Part shown: one piece after another, positions 1 to 13,100 of the stretch
Numbering within the stretch: position 1 is the stretch's first letter
Layout: every line of letters begins with the position of its first letter
NCBI RefSeq assembly: GCF_000143415.4
Contig: NW_003314311.1
Location: 292,181 to 356,180 of the forward strand
DNA from: Selaginella moellendorffii
Lineage: Eukaryota > Plantae > Lycopodiophyta
Direction of reading: 5' to 3'
Length of the DNA stretch: 64,000 nt
Translations under genes and position numbers: made by a program
The notes under the pieces: model-generated
Seen by the model: only the letters and a program-made list of their open reading frames with translations
Databases searched by the model: none
Told to the model about the DNA's origin: nothing

Positions 1-3000
1 ACCAGCCCCCTCAAAACTTACCCTAAACACTAGCCTTTAGATATATTTCTTAATCCGACGGCTATAAATTGTTTAAGCTACTAAAAAAAGAAACTCATTA
101 AAGTAAATGTGAGGTAAATAATAATGACTATTAACTCGTAAAGGTTGAGCAAAGTCTTAATTTTTATTTAAAGGCAAGATCATACACCTTTTCTTTTACC
201 ATTTTATTTTTTACCATCTATTAATTAATTGAACTCTTGAATGCTAGCATCCGCAGCGCTCCAACGAGTTCCATGACGGCATCCTGCGATTTAGAACCAG
301 AGTAACGAAGATTTGATGCGCACCCTCGAGGGACAGTTTCATTCCAGCTGATGATTTCTTGGCAAGCAGCCAGAAGAAGCCGGAAGAATGGGAAAGTGAA
401 ACCGTTCTCAGTAAGAGTGTTTCCATTCGTTTGTAAGCTTGTCTGATGCTCAAAACCTCGCCTGGAGTGCACCTCTCTATCAGCTGCTCAACCGAGTAGA
501 GAGACTCCCGGAACCAGCCATTCTTCTTGCGAACGCGCACAGCAGTCGCTGAGTACGAGTTTGGCGTGTAACTCCACGAGGCATTTCTCTAGAATTGGAA
601 AAAACCGACCAAGGATCACTCAAGCTTCTTAGAATGTAAGCCTTTCGAGAGCTCCTTCTCCAGAGCAATCACCCGAGCTTTCAAATATGTATATGTTCCT
701 GGGAAACAAATGGGTGGGCACTCGGCGGAAAAAGAAACAAGTGCCTCCAAGTCAGGAAGTTCTTGGCACAGCAGTTTTCGGATTACATCAGTATGGAACT
801 CGAGAGCCGCCACATGCTTCTTGAGCTCCACAGTATCGAGAAAGCGCATCGCCTTAGGGTTCTTCCGCGCTTTTCAGGGATTTTAGTAATATAATCTGCA
901 TGGCCGATTCGTGAATATTGTTTTCCTCAGCAAAGTGACAAGGTGAGTGGCAAATGATTGAGAAGTACAAACTCAAGCGACAGTGACGGCCGCGTGTGTA
1001 CAGTTTCTCTTCTTCCCCGCAAGAAAAATTCCCTGGAACTGGCTGAAATCAATCTGGTAAGCGAGCTGTTCTTTCTTTCTTTGTTTTCACCCCTAAGTTT
1101 TAATGCAATTGCTGTGGTCCTAGGTGCGAGCAACAGAGTCTTTCCCCAACAAGATGCACTTCACATTTGCAAATGGAGTCAAAAAGTGACCAACGACTGT
1201 CATGGTTTGGAAGGATTTTGCCTCATATCAGCAGAGGTAATTACCTCCTATATATTGCCTTTTATCATTTCTCTCTCTAATATTGCTTGCCACTTATAGC
1301 TTGATAGCTATGGTTTCTAGAGTGGATACATTAAATGTTTGAGGTGTTGCATCAAGACACTAGGCTGTGTAGAGGCACTGAGCAATAAGTAGCAATAAGT
1401 AGAGCATAAAGCTAATGAGAGATTGAGAGATTTCAACAACCTACACCAAGAATTNNNNNNNNNNNNNNNNNNNNNNNNNNNNNNNNNNNNNNNNNNNNNN
1501 NNNNNNNNNNNNNNNNNNNNNNNNNNNNNNNNNNNNNNNNNNNNNNNNNNNNNNNCTATTGGAAAAATTTAGGTTTTTTTTAAAAAGTTTCCATCTCAGA
1601 TAAAAAATGACTCTAAATCTAGGAATGCAAATTTTCAAGACTCAACTAACTTCTTCCTACATACAAATGCACATAATGAAAAAATCATTAATGAACTACC
1701 CAAGACTTAATTCTTAGTGTTGCCCTTGCTTGCATACACTCTTGTTCATTACTATAGTTTTAATTTTGCCATTAGCATCTGGTCTTCGTTGTGAATTATT
1801 AATCTATTAATCATTTTGCCTGAAAACCATTATAAACTAGTGAAGAAAAAGTTGACTTTAGTTAGCTTAGATTTTAGTGAGTATTTTGTATGATGCAACC
1901 TAAAAAGGGTGCTAACTTTTGGGGCTAAAATAATTAAATAGAGGCTAGAGTTAGAGTAAAAAAGTGGTCATTATGCTTTTTTAGAAAGATGACTCTTATA
2001 CCTTTTTTCTATAGCATTATGCATAGTGGTAAATTACACTTTGTATTTAGTTAGACTGTACGACAATTAAATTTTTTTATTTATAGTGATTTAGATGGTT
2101 GGTTATTAGTTCAATTCATTATAGATTCACATTTTATTTAGCTAGTTTTGATGAAGATGTTATTGATAGTTTGGCCATATATTTGTGTTATTAGCATTTG
2201 TGTGCTATAGCTGATTAACAATTGTATTGGCATTCAAATAAATTGAGTGGCAGGTTGAATTAGAAATTTTTTTAGTAAGGGTTGCGGTTTAGCTTTTCTT
2301 TGAAAAGTGATTTAATTATGGACTTGCAAAAGAAAGATATAATGATCAATTAGAATTCTAATTCTTTATTGGGTTTGAGTTAGGATTTGGGGGGGGGGTT
2401 GGTTTGGTTATTGTAAGGGGTTTCAAATGTATAGTAGGGGATAGTTTATAAATTATATAACTGACCAACTTGAGACAAACTTTGGCTCCCTACTATGCAT
2501 GTTTGTCTTGTTCTATGATTACATGGATCATTGATGAATTTTATTATAAACTGAGTTATGTTTGTTATAAAAGATGGATTTATAAAGGATCGGTTTGGAG
2601 ATCACTTATTAAGTATAATTTTGTCATGCTTAACTTTTGGATTGATGCAAATACTTTATTAGCTTTTGCATTATGAAATTTAGCTTATGGATGTATCAAG
2701 AAGAATATTATAGGTTGCATTATGAATTCTTTTTTAGCATTGAAATTAGTTGATGCAAGACTCATGATTATTATTATATGAGACTTAGCTATAAATTTTT
2801 TTAAGCTCTTGGTCCTTGAGTTCTTATACTCATTATTTCATTTGCTAAAAGTTGTTGGGGAAAGTATTTTGGCTCATTAGTTTTGATGTTTAAATTGGGG
2901 TTTACATCTAACAATCATTGTGATAATTAATTATTATCTAAGATAGTTGAGGTCTTGCTTAATTATTATTGATGTTGGATGATTTGCTATTATTTGAGAT

Positions 3001-5883
3001 GATGGATTGTTATTCAATAATGATTGTGCATCTCTATTGATGGAATGATAGATAATTTTCGTGATAGTTAATTGTTATCTTGATAGCTTCTAGCTTTCTG
3101 TATTGCCATATGTTTTTTGTGGTTTAATTTAGATTGGTCTTTTGATTTTGAAAAATCAATAGAATGTTGTTAACACTTGCTTATGTAACTCAAGGTTTTT
3201 TTATATTATTGACTGAGATTTATTCAAACTGGCTAGTATAATAATTAGCATATATAGGTGTTTTCTGACCCTTGCAATATTCATTATGTTATAATGATTA
3301 TTACTACTGTTGATTCTAATAGATTAGGATGTTTTCCATTAATGATACTTGTGTCCTTTTTGTACTTAGCATACTATCTACAATATTTAGTCATTAAGTA
3401 TTTTCTTTAAGTTTTATTAATTATATACTTGCTATTGAATTTTCTTAAATGATATATTCTATATCTTTAAACTATGATCTTGGTGGTTTCTACGACAATT
3501 GCATTTAAATGCATAAAATGTATAACATATACAAAGCTTGAGGTGTGTATTTGCACCTTATATTGCTAAAGACTTATACTATACTGGTTTTATCGGATGA
3601 TAACTTAATTGAAATACTTAGTTCAATTATTAGTAAACTAGACTTAACATCGGTCATTAAATGTAAGAAGGGATAGTGGGTAGGTCAAGTATAGCTGACT
3701 AATCTAAGACATAGTTTAGTTCCTTGTTGGGCATGTCTATCCTTAGTCTACATTTGGTTTGGGTCTAAGCCTATACTAATTTGTGGAATACCTATATTGT
3801 TGTGTTAGGCTATTGGTATGCTGAAGACTCCATCATTTGGCTCTATTTTGTATATTAGTCTTAACATTGGGTTGTTATATACTCTAAGACTATTTTTATA
3901 TCCCTCTGTGCTTTTACCCTTTTGCTTTTTGGTTATATGCTTGAGAGTTTGGTTCTATCCTTTCATTCAGTGGCTTAAAAGCCTTGAAACTTGAGTTCCA
4001 CTCCACTACTCTTTACCCATGTATCCAAGAGTTAAGATTTCATTCTGTGGTTATCCTATAATAAATCATTATAGGGTAAAAACTGTGCACTACACCATCT
4101 ATCTCCTTGCCCATGCACCCTGTTTGCCTGTAGCCAAACTAATCTGGTTCAACGGCAAACCAGACTTGCCCAATTCCTTGCAGACATGTATGCCCACCAT
4201 TCCTCACTTCAACCACCTCACCCATGTAGCTCCTTGCTCACCCACCAAGCTCCTCACTTCATCCATCTCACCCACCCACATGTCTTGTCCACTTGCCCAT
4301 CTTGCCTCACCCACCTAATTGGCAATTTCTATAAGTGTCTCCAACCTAATATAGCAAGTATTGATTTCTTCAATTTTGGGATAATCTCCTTTATCGATAT
4401 GCTCAGGTGTATATACTTGATGGTGAGATGTACTTGTGTATTATTCAAGTGTGCCATGGCACTCTAGCAATAGAACACTTTGGTGTCTACAAGACATTAT
4501 AATTTATGCCCCATATACATAAGTATGTTAAACACTTTATCCATATTTACAATATGTATTAATGGACCAAGATGCTTTAATATACTTTGTTTGGTCTTTT
4601 CCAACCCTTTTATTTTACTCCAGGGCCTTACAATTCCTTTTGTTATGGTCGATTAAAAATTTTATATCAGAGAGTTTAACACAAATCCATATTTTTTTTC
4701 TCAAAATCCAAGTACAATTGTTAATCTTCCTGAAGGAAAAATGAGAGAAAGCTAAAATTGTAGAGCTACTCACATATCTAGAGCACATTTTTCAACTCAA
4801 GTGACAATGAACTCTTGATGAACTAGATTCATGTGACAATCCTTCTTCAAATTTACTTATAGATGGTAAATATAGTCATTATTAGTGATAAGTAAGAATA
4901 CTAATAATTACTAGAAAACTAGAGTTAAAATTGTGGTCACACATCATCGTGTTACTAGCACCACAATTAAAAGAATTAGTGGAATGCTCTGATTCTTCAG
5001 ACAAGGAAAGATTGGGAAACAATTAAGAGCCTCAATGGACTCATATACAAAAGATTTGCTAAATTTCCTATATTTTATTGCATATATAATCCCAATTACC
5101 CAATAATTTATATTTCTATTTATAAATGAGAAAAATCAGTTAAATAACATGTATATAAGATTTTATTTAATGACCAATTTTTGTTTCTAGAGGGTATAAG
5201 GACTATACCAAGATTATTCAGGCATATTTTAGGATATTCTTTAATCTAAAAATTGTGATTTTAACTCTAGTTTTCTAGTAATTATTAATATTCTTACTTA
5301 TCACTAATAATAACTATATTTACCATCCATAAGTAAATTTGAAGAATGATTGTCACATGAATCTAGCTCATCAAGAGTTCATTGTCATTTGTGCTGAAAA
5401 ATGTGCTCTAGATATGTGAGTAGCTCTACAATTTTAGCTTTCTCTCACTTTTCCTTCAACCAATTTGATAGGAAGATTTACAATTGTACTTGGATTTTGA
5501 GAAGAAAATATGGATTTGTGTTAAACTCTCTGATATAAAATTGTCAATCGACCATAACAAAAGGAATTGCAAGGCCCTGGAGTAAAATAAAAGTGTTGGA
5601 AAAGACCAAACAAAGTATATTAAGGCATCTTAGTCCATTAATACATATTGTCAATATGGATAAAGTGTTTAACATACTTATGTATATGGGGCAAAAAATT
5701 ATAATGTCTTGTAAACACCAAAGTGTTCTATTGCTAGAGTGCCATGACACACTTGGATAATACACAAGCACATTTCACCATCAAATATATACACTTAAGC
5801 ATATTGATAAATGAGATTATCCTAAAATTGAAGAAATTAATACTTAGTATATTAGATTGGAGATGCACTTAAAGAAATTGCCA
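1..5883 (+). repeat. Segmental duplication copy A (near-identical to 13684-14857 joined to 49780-54761); contains the empty retrotransposon site
   Basis: Position 1 matches 13684 (offset 13683; ORFs 221/13904 and 616/14299 near-identical). From 1170 it matches 49780 onward. Similarity ends at AAGAAATTGCCA (5883 vs 54761). Confidence 0.92.
1555..4094 (+). mobile_element. Old, AT-decayed, rearranged remnant of the same non-autonomous LTR family, mostly in the opposite orientation, ending in an LTR terminus
   Basis: 1860-2060 is the reverse complement of ~19480-19700. 3660-4094 is a decayed reverse complement of LTR 14858-15400 and ends ...GTGCACTACA (LTR start TGTAGCGCAC). Differences are mostly C>T/G>A. 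Confidence 0.75.
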
Positions 5884-6095
5884 GCTAGATGGGTGAGGCG
5901 AGATGAGCAGTTGGAGAAGGTATGTGGGTGGGTGAGGAGTTGGGCAGGTAGATGGGTGAAATGGATGAAGTGAGGAGCTCGGTGGGCAAGTGAGGAGCTA
6001 GGTGGGTGAGGTGGGTGAAGTGAGGAATGGTGGGCATACATGTTCATAGGGAATTAGGCAAGTTTGGTTTGCTGCCGAACCAGACTAGTTCAGCT
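4130..6095. repeat. Fold-back inverted repeat IR1 (arms ~4130-4935 and ~5245-6095)
   Basis: AATCTGGTTCAACGGCAAACCAGACTTGCC at 4141 pairs with GGCAAGTTTGGTTTGCTGCCGAACCAGACT at ~6057. 4890-4935 pairs with 5245-5300. Confidence 0.85.
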
Positions 6096-7625
6096 ACAAA
6101 AAAGACAAGTGAAAATGAAACAAAGAAAAAAGAAAGAAAGATTAAGAAAAAGAAAAAATAGAAAAGAGAAGATGGAAACATGAGACTAAGTAGGAGAACC
6201 ACTTATCTGGACTCCAACTTAAAGCCTCTTCACCTCTAGAAAGTGCCTTAAACATAGTCCAATTGCTCTCAAAGTTCCAAGGGAATGAAGTGATGGAAGT
6301 GAATGTGTTGCTCAAGAATGGTAACTGCAAGAATAATGGAAGACAGCAGCCTAATAGATGGACAGTGATGGTTGATTATAATGGAGTGATAATGGCTGAA
6401 GTGGTTGGCAGCATGTGTGCTTGTCACAGAAGAAGAAAAAGCTTGCAATCTTTGCAAACATCTGTTGAGATCACTGTGTACTGTTGCTGTAGAAATGTGG
6501 GATTGGATAAATGTTCGTCCAAAGTAATGCCTAGTTTCTTATGCTCATCAGATCTAACTGACTCTTAGAAATCAGTTGTTAAGTGTCCTAGATTTGTCTA
6601 GACTTGTTGCATTGAGATAGTCTGTGTTATATTTTGAGTTTGGCACGTTAGATTTTGCTGCTTTTTGATGCATTTGCTGTGTATGGTGATGATAAATAGA
6701 GTGACATAATTGGATCCCTAGATCATGCGTACATGGTGAGAAAAGTGAAGAAATGTGAACTAGGCAATTTTAGCAAGTGATAAACAATGGTGTAGCAAGT
6801 AGCAAAATGAATGGATTGTGTCTGTGAGTTATGGAGAGTGATATTGATGATATATTGAATGAAATCATGTGAAAAAAACCCAAGAACCGTAAATAGTAAA
6901 TTGTGAAATGGATGAGCTACCAGACGAGAGGAGTTAATGCAGTCTTATGATGAAACTCCAGGCTCGTGCTTACTCCATCCTAAGAATCACATCTTTGATA
7001 TGACAACGAAGAGATGAAAGCAGAAGAAAAGAAAGAAAAATAAAAGAAACAGAAGAAAAAGAGAGTGAAATACTGCCAAAAGATCTTAAGGTGGCAATGG
7101 TTGTGAGTGTGTGGCAACTCTTGGCCTACCTCACTATAAGGATGTAAACACCACCTTCAATGTGTTTCTTGATGAAGAATGGATTGAGCCACCTAGGGGA
7201 AAACTTTGCGAGTGATGCAAAATCTTGGAGCATCATAAGTTTTCCCTTATGAAAGGGCTTGCCTCATTGGAATTGCATGGATTGAGTAGTGATTGAGCCT
7301 ATGCTAGGAGGTCCCAAAGAGTCTTGAAAGAGGCCAAAGATGCTGCAAAAGCTGGCCATATCTCCCTCTAATGTATGATGTTATGTAGCCCCAAAGTGAA
7401 TAACATTACCAAAATGAGGAAATCTAGAGCTCAACTGTGTGTGGCAATGTCTAGAGCCCGTAGAGCATAGAGGGAAGAGTCTCCAAAGTAGTGAATGGAG
7501 TCATAAAGGCTCACAAGAATTTGGTGGTTGAGTGAAGTATCAGTGATCATGGAAGATGCCATGATTGTTGTAGATGAGGCCACAATTAATATCCTATGGC
7601 TAGAGAGGTTTAGTGTGACATCCCT

Positions 7626-8030
7626 ATAACCAACCAAAGAAAACGACTTGAGAGATGATTCATGAGGTTCAAATATATTAAAAAAAAAGGGCCTATGAAC
7701 AAAAATGCACCCCCTTTTTCAATCAATTAAGGGTTTTGGGATATTTGGGGTTAAGCGTCTTTGGGTTTAAATATTATTGAGTTGAATAACCTTCTAGAAA
7801 GTATAAATACAAGAGGTTATATTTGGTATCAAAGGGGGTTTCGGGTTCGACTCTGTTGGTTGGCTTAAAGGAATCATACTACATATTAAAATTAACATTT
7901 GGCAGGTCCAATTTACTTTTGACTGGGCTTGATCTGAGGGGTAGGATGTCAAAAGAGTAGGGCTCAAGAGAGAGCTATAGCTCTTAACTTCCATTCATAA
8001 GGGCATAAATTTGTAGGGACTCAAGCTCCA
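7626..8030 (+). mobile_element. Decayed Cassandra-type TRIM fragment (LTR with 5S-like core, PBS, internal region)
   Basis: Decayed reverse complement of 18500-18889. GGTTAAGCGTCTTTGGG 5S-like core near 7750; PBS TGGTATCAAAG at 7824. Confidence 0.7.
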
Positions 8031-8376
8031 TGGCATATGTGTAAGTGTCACAACATTGCTAGTGGCAATGCTTAGCGACTTTCCTTTGAAACCGGGGCTT
8101 GAAACCTTGTACAAAGGCTAACACTCTCATGGACTTCTACTATGTCACTCTCTTGTTGAGATGGTGGAGATCACTATGCCATCCTTGGTTGATTTGTAGT
8201 TATTGGTTGATACTCAGGATCTCTAGAAATGTCTTTTGGCATCTTTGGAGATTCAATAAGGTTTAAATAGATTACTATAAATAGGTAGTTAGAGTTGTTT
8301 ACACAATAACCACATATTAAAAGCTTAAATACTACTAAATTAACCAATAGTATTCTCTTTGTCATTTTCTTTCCAG

Positions 8377-8735
8377 TTTTAGAAGATCCAGCCAAAAACT
8401 ATACTCCAAGAGGTAAGCCTCAAGAAAGATGTGGATGGCCTCCAGGATAAGTTGGCTCTCGATGATTTCCGGCCAATTTTCATGCCATGCATCTCATGAG
8501 CTTGCCTAGAGCTTCTTACTTGATACAAGAAAGGAAGAAAGTGGTGGTCATTGGTTGTAGCAACATTGTTGGCCTTCCAACAGTGCTACTCCAGAGATAC
8601 AATGCCATTGTCACAATCATAGATAAGCATACACAAAACTAGTAGATTGATCAGACTGCTGATATCCTGGTCAGGAAATCTTATGAGAAGAAGCTGGATC
8701 AAACCTGGAGCTTTCATTATAGACATAAGAATGAG
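8377..8735 (+). pseudogene. folD: Fragment of bifunctional methylenetetrahydrofolate dehydrogenase/cyclohydrolase (FolD), disrupted
   Basis: Conceptual translation gives KKDVDG, FMPC, GRKVVVIGCSNIVGLP, LLQRYNAIVTI and WIKPGAFIID, matching FolD motifs KDVDG / GRSNIVG.P / WIKPGA.VID. Contains stops and indels. Confidence 0.8.
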
Positions 8736-9259
8736 ACAAGTAAAGGTGTGTAGAGCTTGACTTTTTATCTCCAGTGACCCTAGCTCAGAAGAATTGCTAG
8801 AAGGAGCATGAGAAAGTATCAATCTCGATCACACCTATTTCTGGACTGGTCAAAGTACAAAGTGTTCAGAACCTGTTTGTACCTGGATAATTTGAGTTGC
8901 ATGATTATATATATATATAAAATTAACACTAAAATATAGAACTAAAACCAATGTTGGAAAAGTAAGAAAGATAAAGCGGATGAAGTCTAGATATATTGAT
9001 TTGATAGAAAGTCGACCATAAAATGATTTACAATTATAATGTATACTAGATAGTGGTCAAAGTACCTCTAGTGTCAATGTCTTTCTCTCACATTTTTCTT
9101 TTGTAAGGAAGCAGTTTCATCCTACTCTGTGGTAATGCTGTGATCAAAGTCGCTACTTTCTCACCTCGTAGCAATTCTTCTGAGTGAGGATCCTGGAGAT
9201 ACAAAGTCAAGCTCTACAAACCAAGTGTGGAGAGAGACACACACCTTTACTTGGCTCAT

Positions 9260-9589
9260 TCTTATGGCTCCAGGTTTGATCCAGTTTCTTCTCACAAGAT
9301 TTGCATTTCCTAATCAGGATATCAGCAGTCTGAGCAATCTACTAGTTTGGTGTGTTCTTATCCATGATTTTGACAGTGGCATTGTGTCTCTGGAGTAGCA
9401 CTGTTGGAAGGCCGACAGTGTTGCTACAACCAATGATCACCACTTTCTTCCTCTCTTATATCAAGTAAGAAGCTCTAGGCAAGCTCACGAGATGCATGGC
9501 ATGAAACTTGGCTAGAAATCATGAGGCCATCCACGTCTTTCTTGAGGCTTATCTCTTGGAAGACAGTTTCTGGCCGGATCCTCTGAAAC
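9260..9589 (-). pseudogene. folD: Second, inverted FolD fragment, disrupted
   Basis: Minus strand gives ISLKKDVDGL and GRKVVIIGCSNTVGLPTVLLQRHNATVKI. This is the inverted partner of 8377-8735. Confidence 0.78.
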
Positions 9590-10119
9590 TGGGAAGAAAA
9601 CAATGAAGGGAAGACTATTGGTTAATCTAGTAGTATTCAACCCTCTAGTATGTGGTCAGTAGAAAATCTTCTGACACTTCATTCATTTGTTGGAACTTGT
9701 GAACAATGTGGATGTGTACTCTCACAGTACAAAGACTAGCTCACTGGGAGTGCGGACTAGAGCCTGAAAGATCTCACATGCTGCACTGAAGATAAGCAGC
9801 TCTGAATCTCCTTTTCTCTCCAATCTTGTCTACTAGATGAGCATCAAAGTACGATTCAAGCAAGAATGCTAGAAAGGGCTGTTAATCATGTAAAATCTAG
9901 TAGTACATTTTCCATAGTTTACTGCAGAATGCTTGGTTTGCTTTGGAAAAAAAATTATTCTATTGTTTTTGTTGTTAGAGTTATCCGCAAGTCTACATGG
10001 GAGCAAGGAAGAAAAAAGTTCACACCATTTCTGCATTTGAAGGCTAGGATAGGGCTTCTATTCTACTAAATCCTAGATCTTCTTTTGACTGTGGGGCAAT
10101 GCAATCTGAAAGCTGCTGC

Positions 10120-13100
10120 GCCAAGAATCTCCTGACTTGGAGGCAATTCCAGAAGTTGTTTCTTTTCTGGCAAGTGCCAACCCATTTGTTTCCCATGTAT
10201 CTGAAAACTCAGGTGATTGCTTGGGAGAAAGAGCTCTCTAGAATTGGAGAACGACCAAGGATCACTCAAGCTTCTCAAATTACTTTTCAATCTCGAGAAA
10301 TGCCTCAAAGTGGCAAGAAGCATTGTTCGTTCCGGGAGTCTCTCTACTCGGTTGCACAGCTGATCGAGAGGTGCACTCAAGGCAAGGCTTTTGAGCATCG
10401 GACAAGCTTGCAAACGTCTGGAAACACTCCTGACGATGAGGTGGCCTGGGGTTGGAGTTACTGAAAATGATGTCACTTTCCCATTCTTCTGGCTTCTTTC
10501 GGTGGAAAGATATGCACCTTGCATTGCCTGGAATGAGCACGCCATTTCGACAAGCTTAAATTGCAGGATGCCATCATGGAACTCGTTGGAGTGTGTTCGA
10601 TTGATGCAACGACTGCAACATGTCAAAAATGAGAAGGACAAGCATGCTGTTGTGACTACAAAAAGTCCAACCGCATCGGATTCTTGAAACAGGCACTGTT
10701 TTGCTAAAATGGGAAGAGGTATCTGCCATGGGTATAGCTACTTTGCACGACGAGGGTCTTGGCAACAGGCATACGAGAGTAATTGCAACGTCTCTGAAAA
10801 CTTCAAATATAATTTAATAGATGGTGGTTTAGGTGAAATTAAAAAGTTTAAAAAAAATTAAAAGTAAAAAAAGTAGACATTAAGATCTTGTTTGGTTATT
10901 TCCGCTTTAAACTAGAAATTAATCACTATTAGACTTTGCTCCAACCTTTATGAGTTAATAGTTATTATCACATTTACTTTAATGAGTTTCTTTATTTAAC
11001 CATGCATTTTGCATAATTCTTCAGTAGCTTAGATCTAAACAATTCATAGCCGTCGGATTTAATTTGAGACGCTGTAGAAATATATCTAAAGGCTAGTGTT
11101 TAGGGTAAGTCTTGAGGGGGCTGGGTTTCGCTGTTGGCGGCGGCACTGGAAGGAGGCGTTTTTTTTTTCTCTAACCATCAAAATGCACACCGGTGGGGTG
11201 CCCATTCTCAACGTGGCTACTCAGTATTCGTTTTGGGCTGTCGCTACTGTTTTGTACAGTACGTTGAGGCGGCCAAAGCGAGAGGAAGTCGGGGAATCGA
11301 AGCCCCCGGCTGCCCCACACTTAGATGTAGGATTTTCGATTGTGTGAAACTACTAACAAGCAGGATCGAAGACCAGCTACCCAGCCCTCTTTTGGGGATT
11401 TCCTCTATGAGGAGAACCCCTCCGAAACAAAAAACAAAGAAGCATTCCTCTCGTTTTTTTGGTCTTCGAAACAGTGTCTGTCTTGTTGCTTGACAAGGAT
11501 TAGGGTTCACGGGCGTTTCCCAGCGCATCCCCTCTCGCCAGCAGCTTCTTCCGCTCGATCCCCAAGTCTTCAAGCCCACAGAGAAAGCTGGGGAAAATTC
11601 ACCTTGATTCAATCAACATTTTCAAGCATTGCCGAATCCAAAGTTGGAGGGAACATGATCAAAAACTTGTCGTGTGCAAGGCCGCCCTGCAAGCTTGATA
11701 AACAACAAAGAACAGGGAACTACAAACCATAAGAACACTTCATATTCGCGAACTTCAGTTTCTTCCGATTGCTCATGACCCCTCAAGGAGCGTTTCTCTT
11801 TGGATCTAGCTAGGGTAGGGAGCGGCAGAGACAGGATCAGCATTTCATCGAGCTTGTAGCTGATCTTCACCATACCATGGACGGCCATGAATTTCTGGTA
11901 TCATACCCCTCTCTTGCCTAAGCATTGCTCGTTAGATCAGTGCCACGACTTAATCCTGGTAAGTTTCCAACTTCACTTTCCTTGTCCTGCCTGAGATGAA
12001 TGTGTCGGATTTTCGATTTGCAGTTAATTTCCTAGCAGCGTCGAGTTCTGGAGGCAGATCCCAAGAGCATGGGTAAATCGTTCGGTACTGTCCGGTATGT
12101 GCTAGATTTAGATTTAACAAGTATTAACAAATATCGACTGGTCAAAGTACAAAGTGCTGAGAACCTGCCTGTCTCTTGACTCATGACAAAATTGAGAGTT
12201 ACCTGGATAATTTGAGTTGCACGATATATATACATGAAGATCCACTCGCGCCTTACAGGAAGGATCACATCCTTGGCATGTCCCTAAAAGCTACCCCAGC
12301 TCTGCAAGGCACAGCCGTGCAGAGTATAAGATCAATAGAAACTCTTTGAAAAAACTTACTTAAAAACCATCTTGCCCTCTGGAGGAACTTGTCAAAGCAG
12401 CCTTAGAATTAAAAGAAAACTTACTGGAATGAAGATTAACACTAAAATATAAAACTGAAACCGATGTTGGAAGAGCAAGAAATATAAAGCAAGCGATACT
12501 TGGATGAAGTCTAGATATATTGATTCGATAAAAAATCGACAATAAAATGATTTGCAATTAGAAAATATACTAGATAACCTCTAGTGTCTGTGTCTTTCTC
12601 TCACGTTTTTCTTTTCTAAGGAAGCAGATTCATCCTTCTCTGTTGTAATGCATGAGATCCAATCCACGGATATTTGTTAATACTAGTTACATCTAAATCT
12701 AGCACATACCGGACAGTCCCGAACGACTTACCCATGCTCTTGGGATCTGCCTCCAGAGCTCTTCCAGGTAGACGCTGCTGGGAAGTTATCTGCAAATCGA
12801 AAATCAGACGCATTCATCTCAGGCAGGACAAGGAAAGTCATGCAAGAAAGAATTCCTGGAAGTTGGAAACTTACCAGGATTAAGTCGTGGCACTGATCTA
12901 TGAGCAATGGTTAGGCGAGAGAGGGGTATGATACCAGAAATTCATGGCCGTCCATGGTATGATGAAGATCAGCTACAAGCTCGACGAAATCCCGGTGATC
13001 TTGTCTCTGCCGCTCCTTTAGGGGTCATGAGCAATCGGAAGAAACTGAAGTTCGCGAGTATGAAGTGTTCTTATGGTTTGTAGTTCCCTGTTCTTTGTTG

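Larger units (their letters stand above)
8308..9656. repeat. Fold-back inverted repeat IR2 (arms ~8308-8832 and ~9140-9656) around a ~300-bp core
   Basis: 8401-8440 pairs with 9521-9565, and 8750-8830 pairs with 9142-9220. Confidence 0.85.

Noticed and set aside
6100-7600. Decayed gene-like fragments
   Set aside because: Many stops and no motif I could identify.
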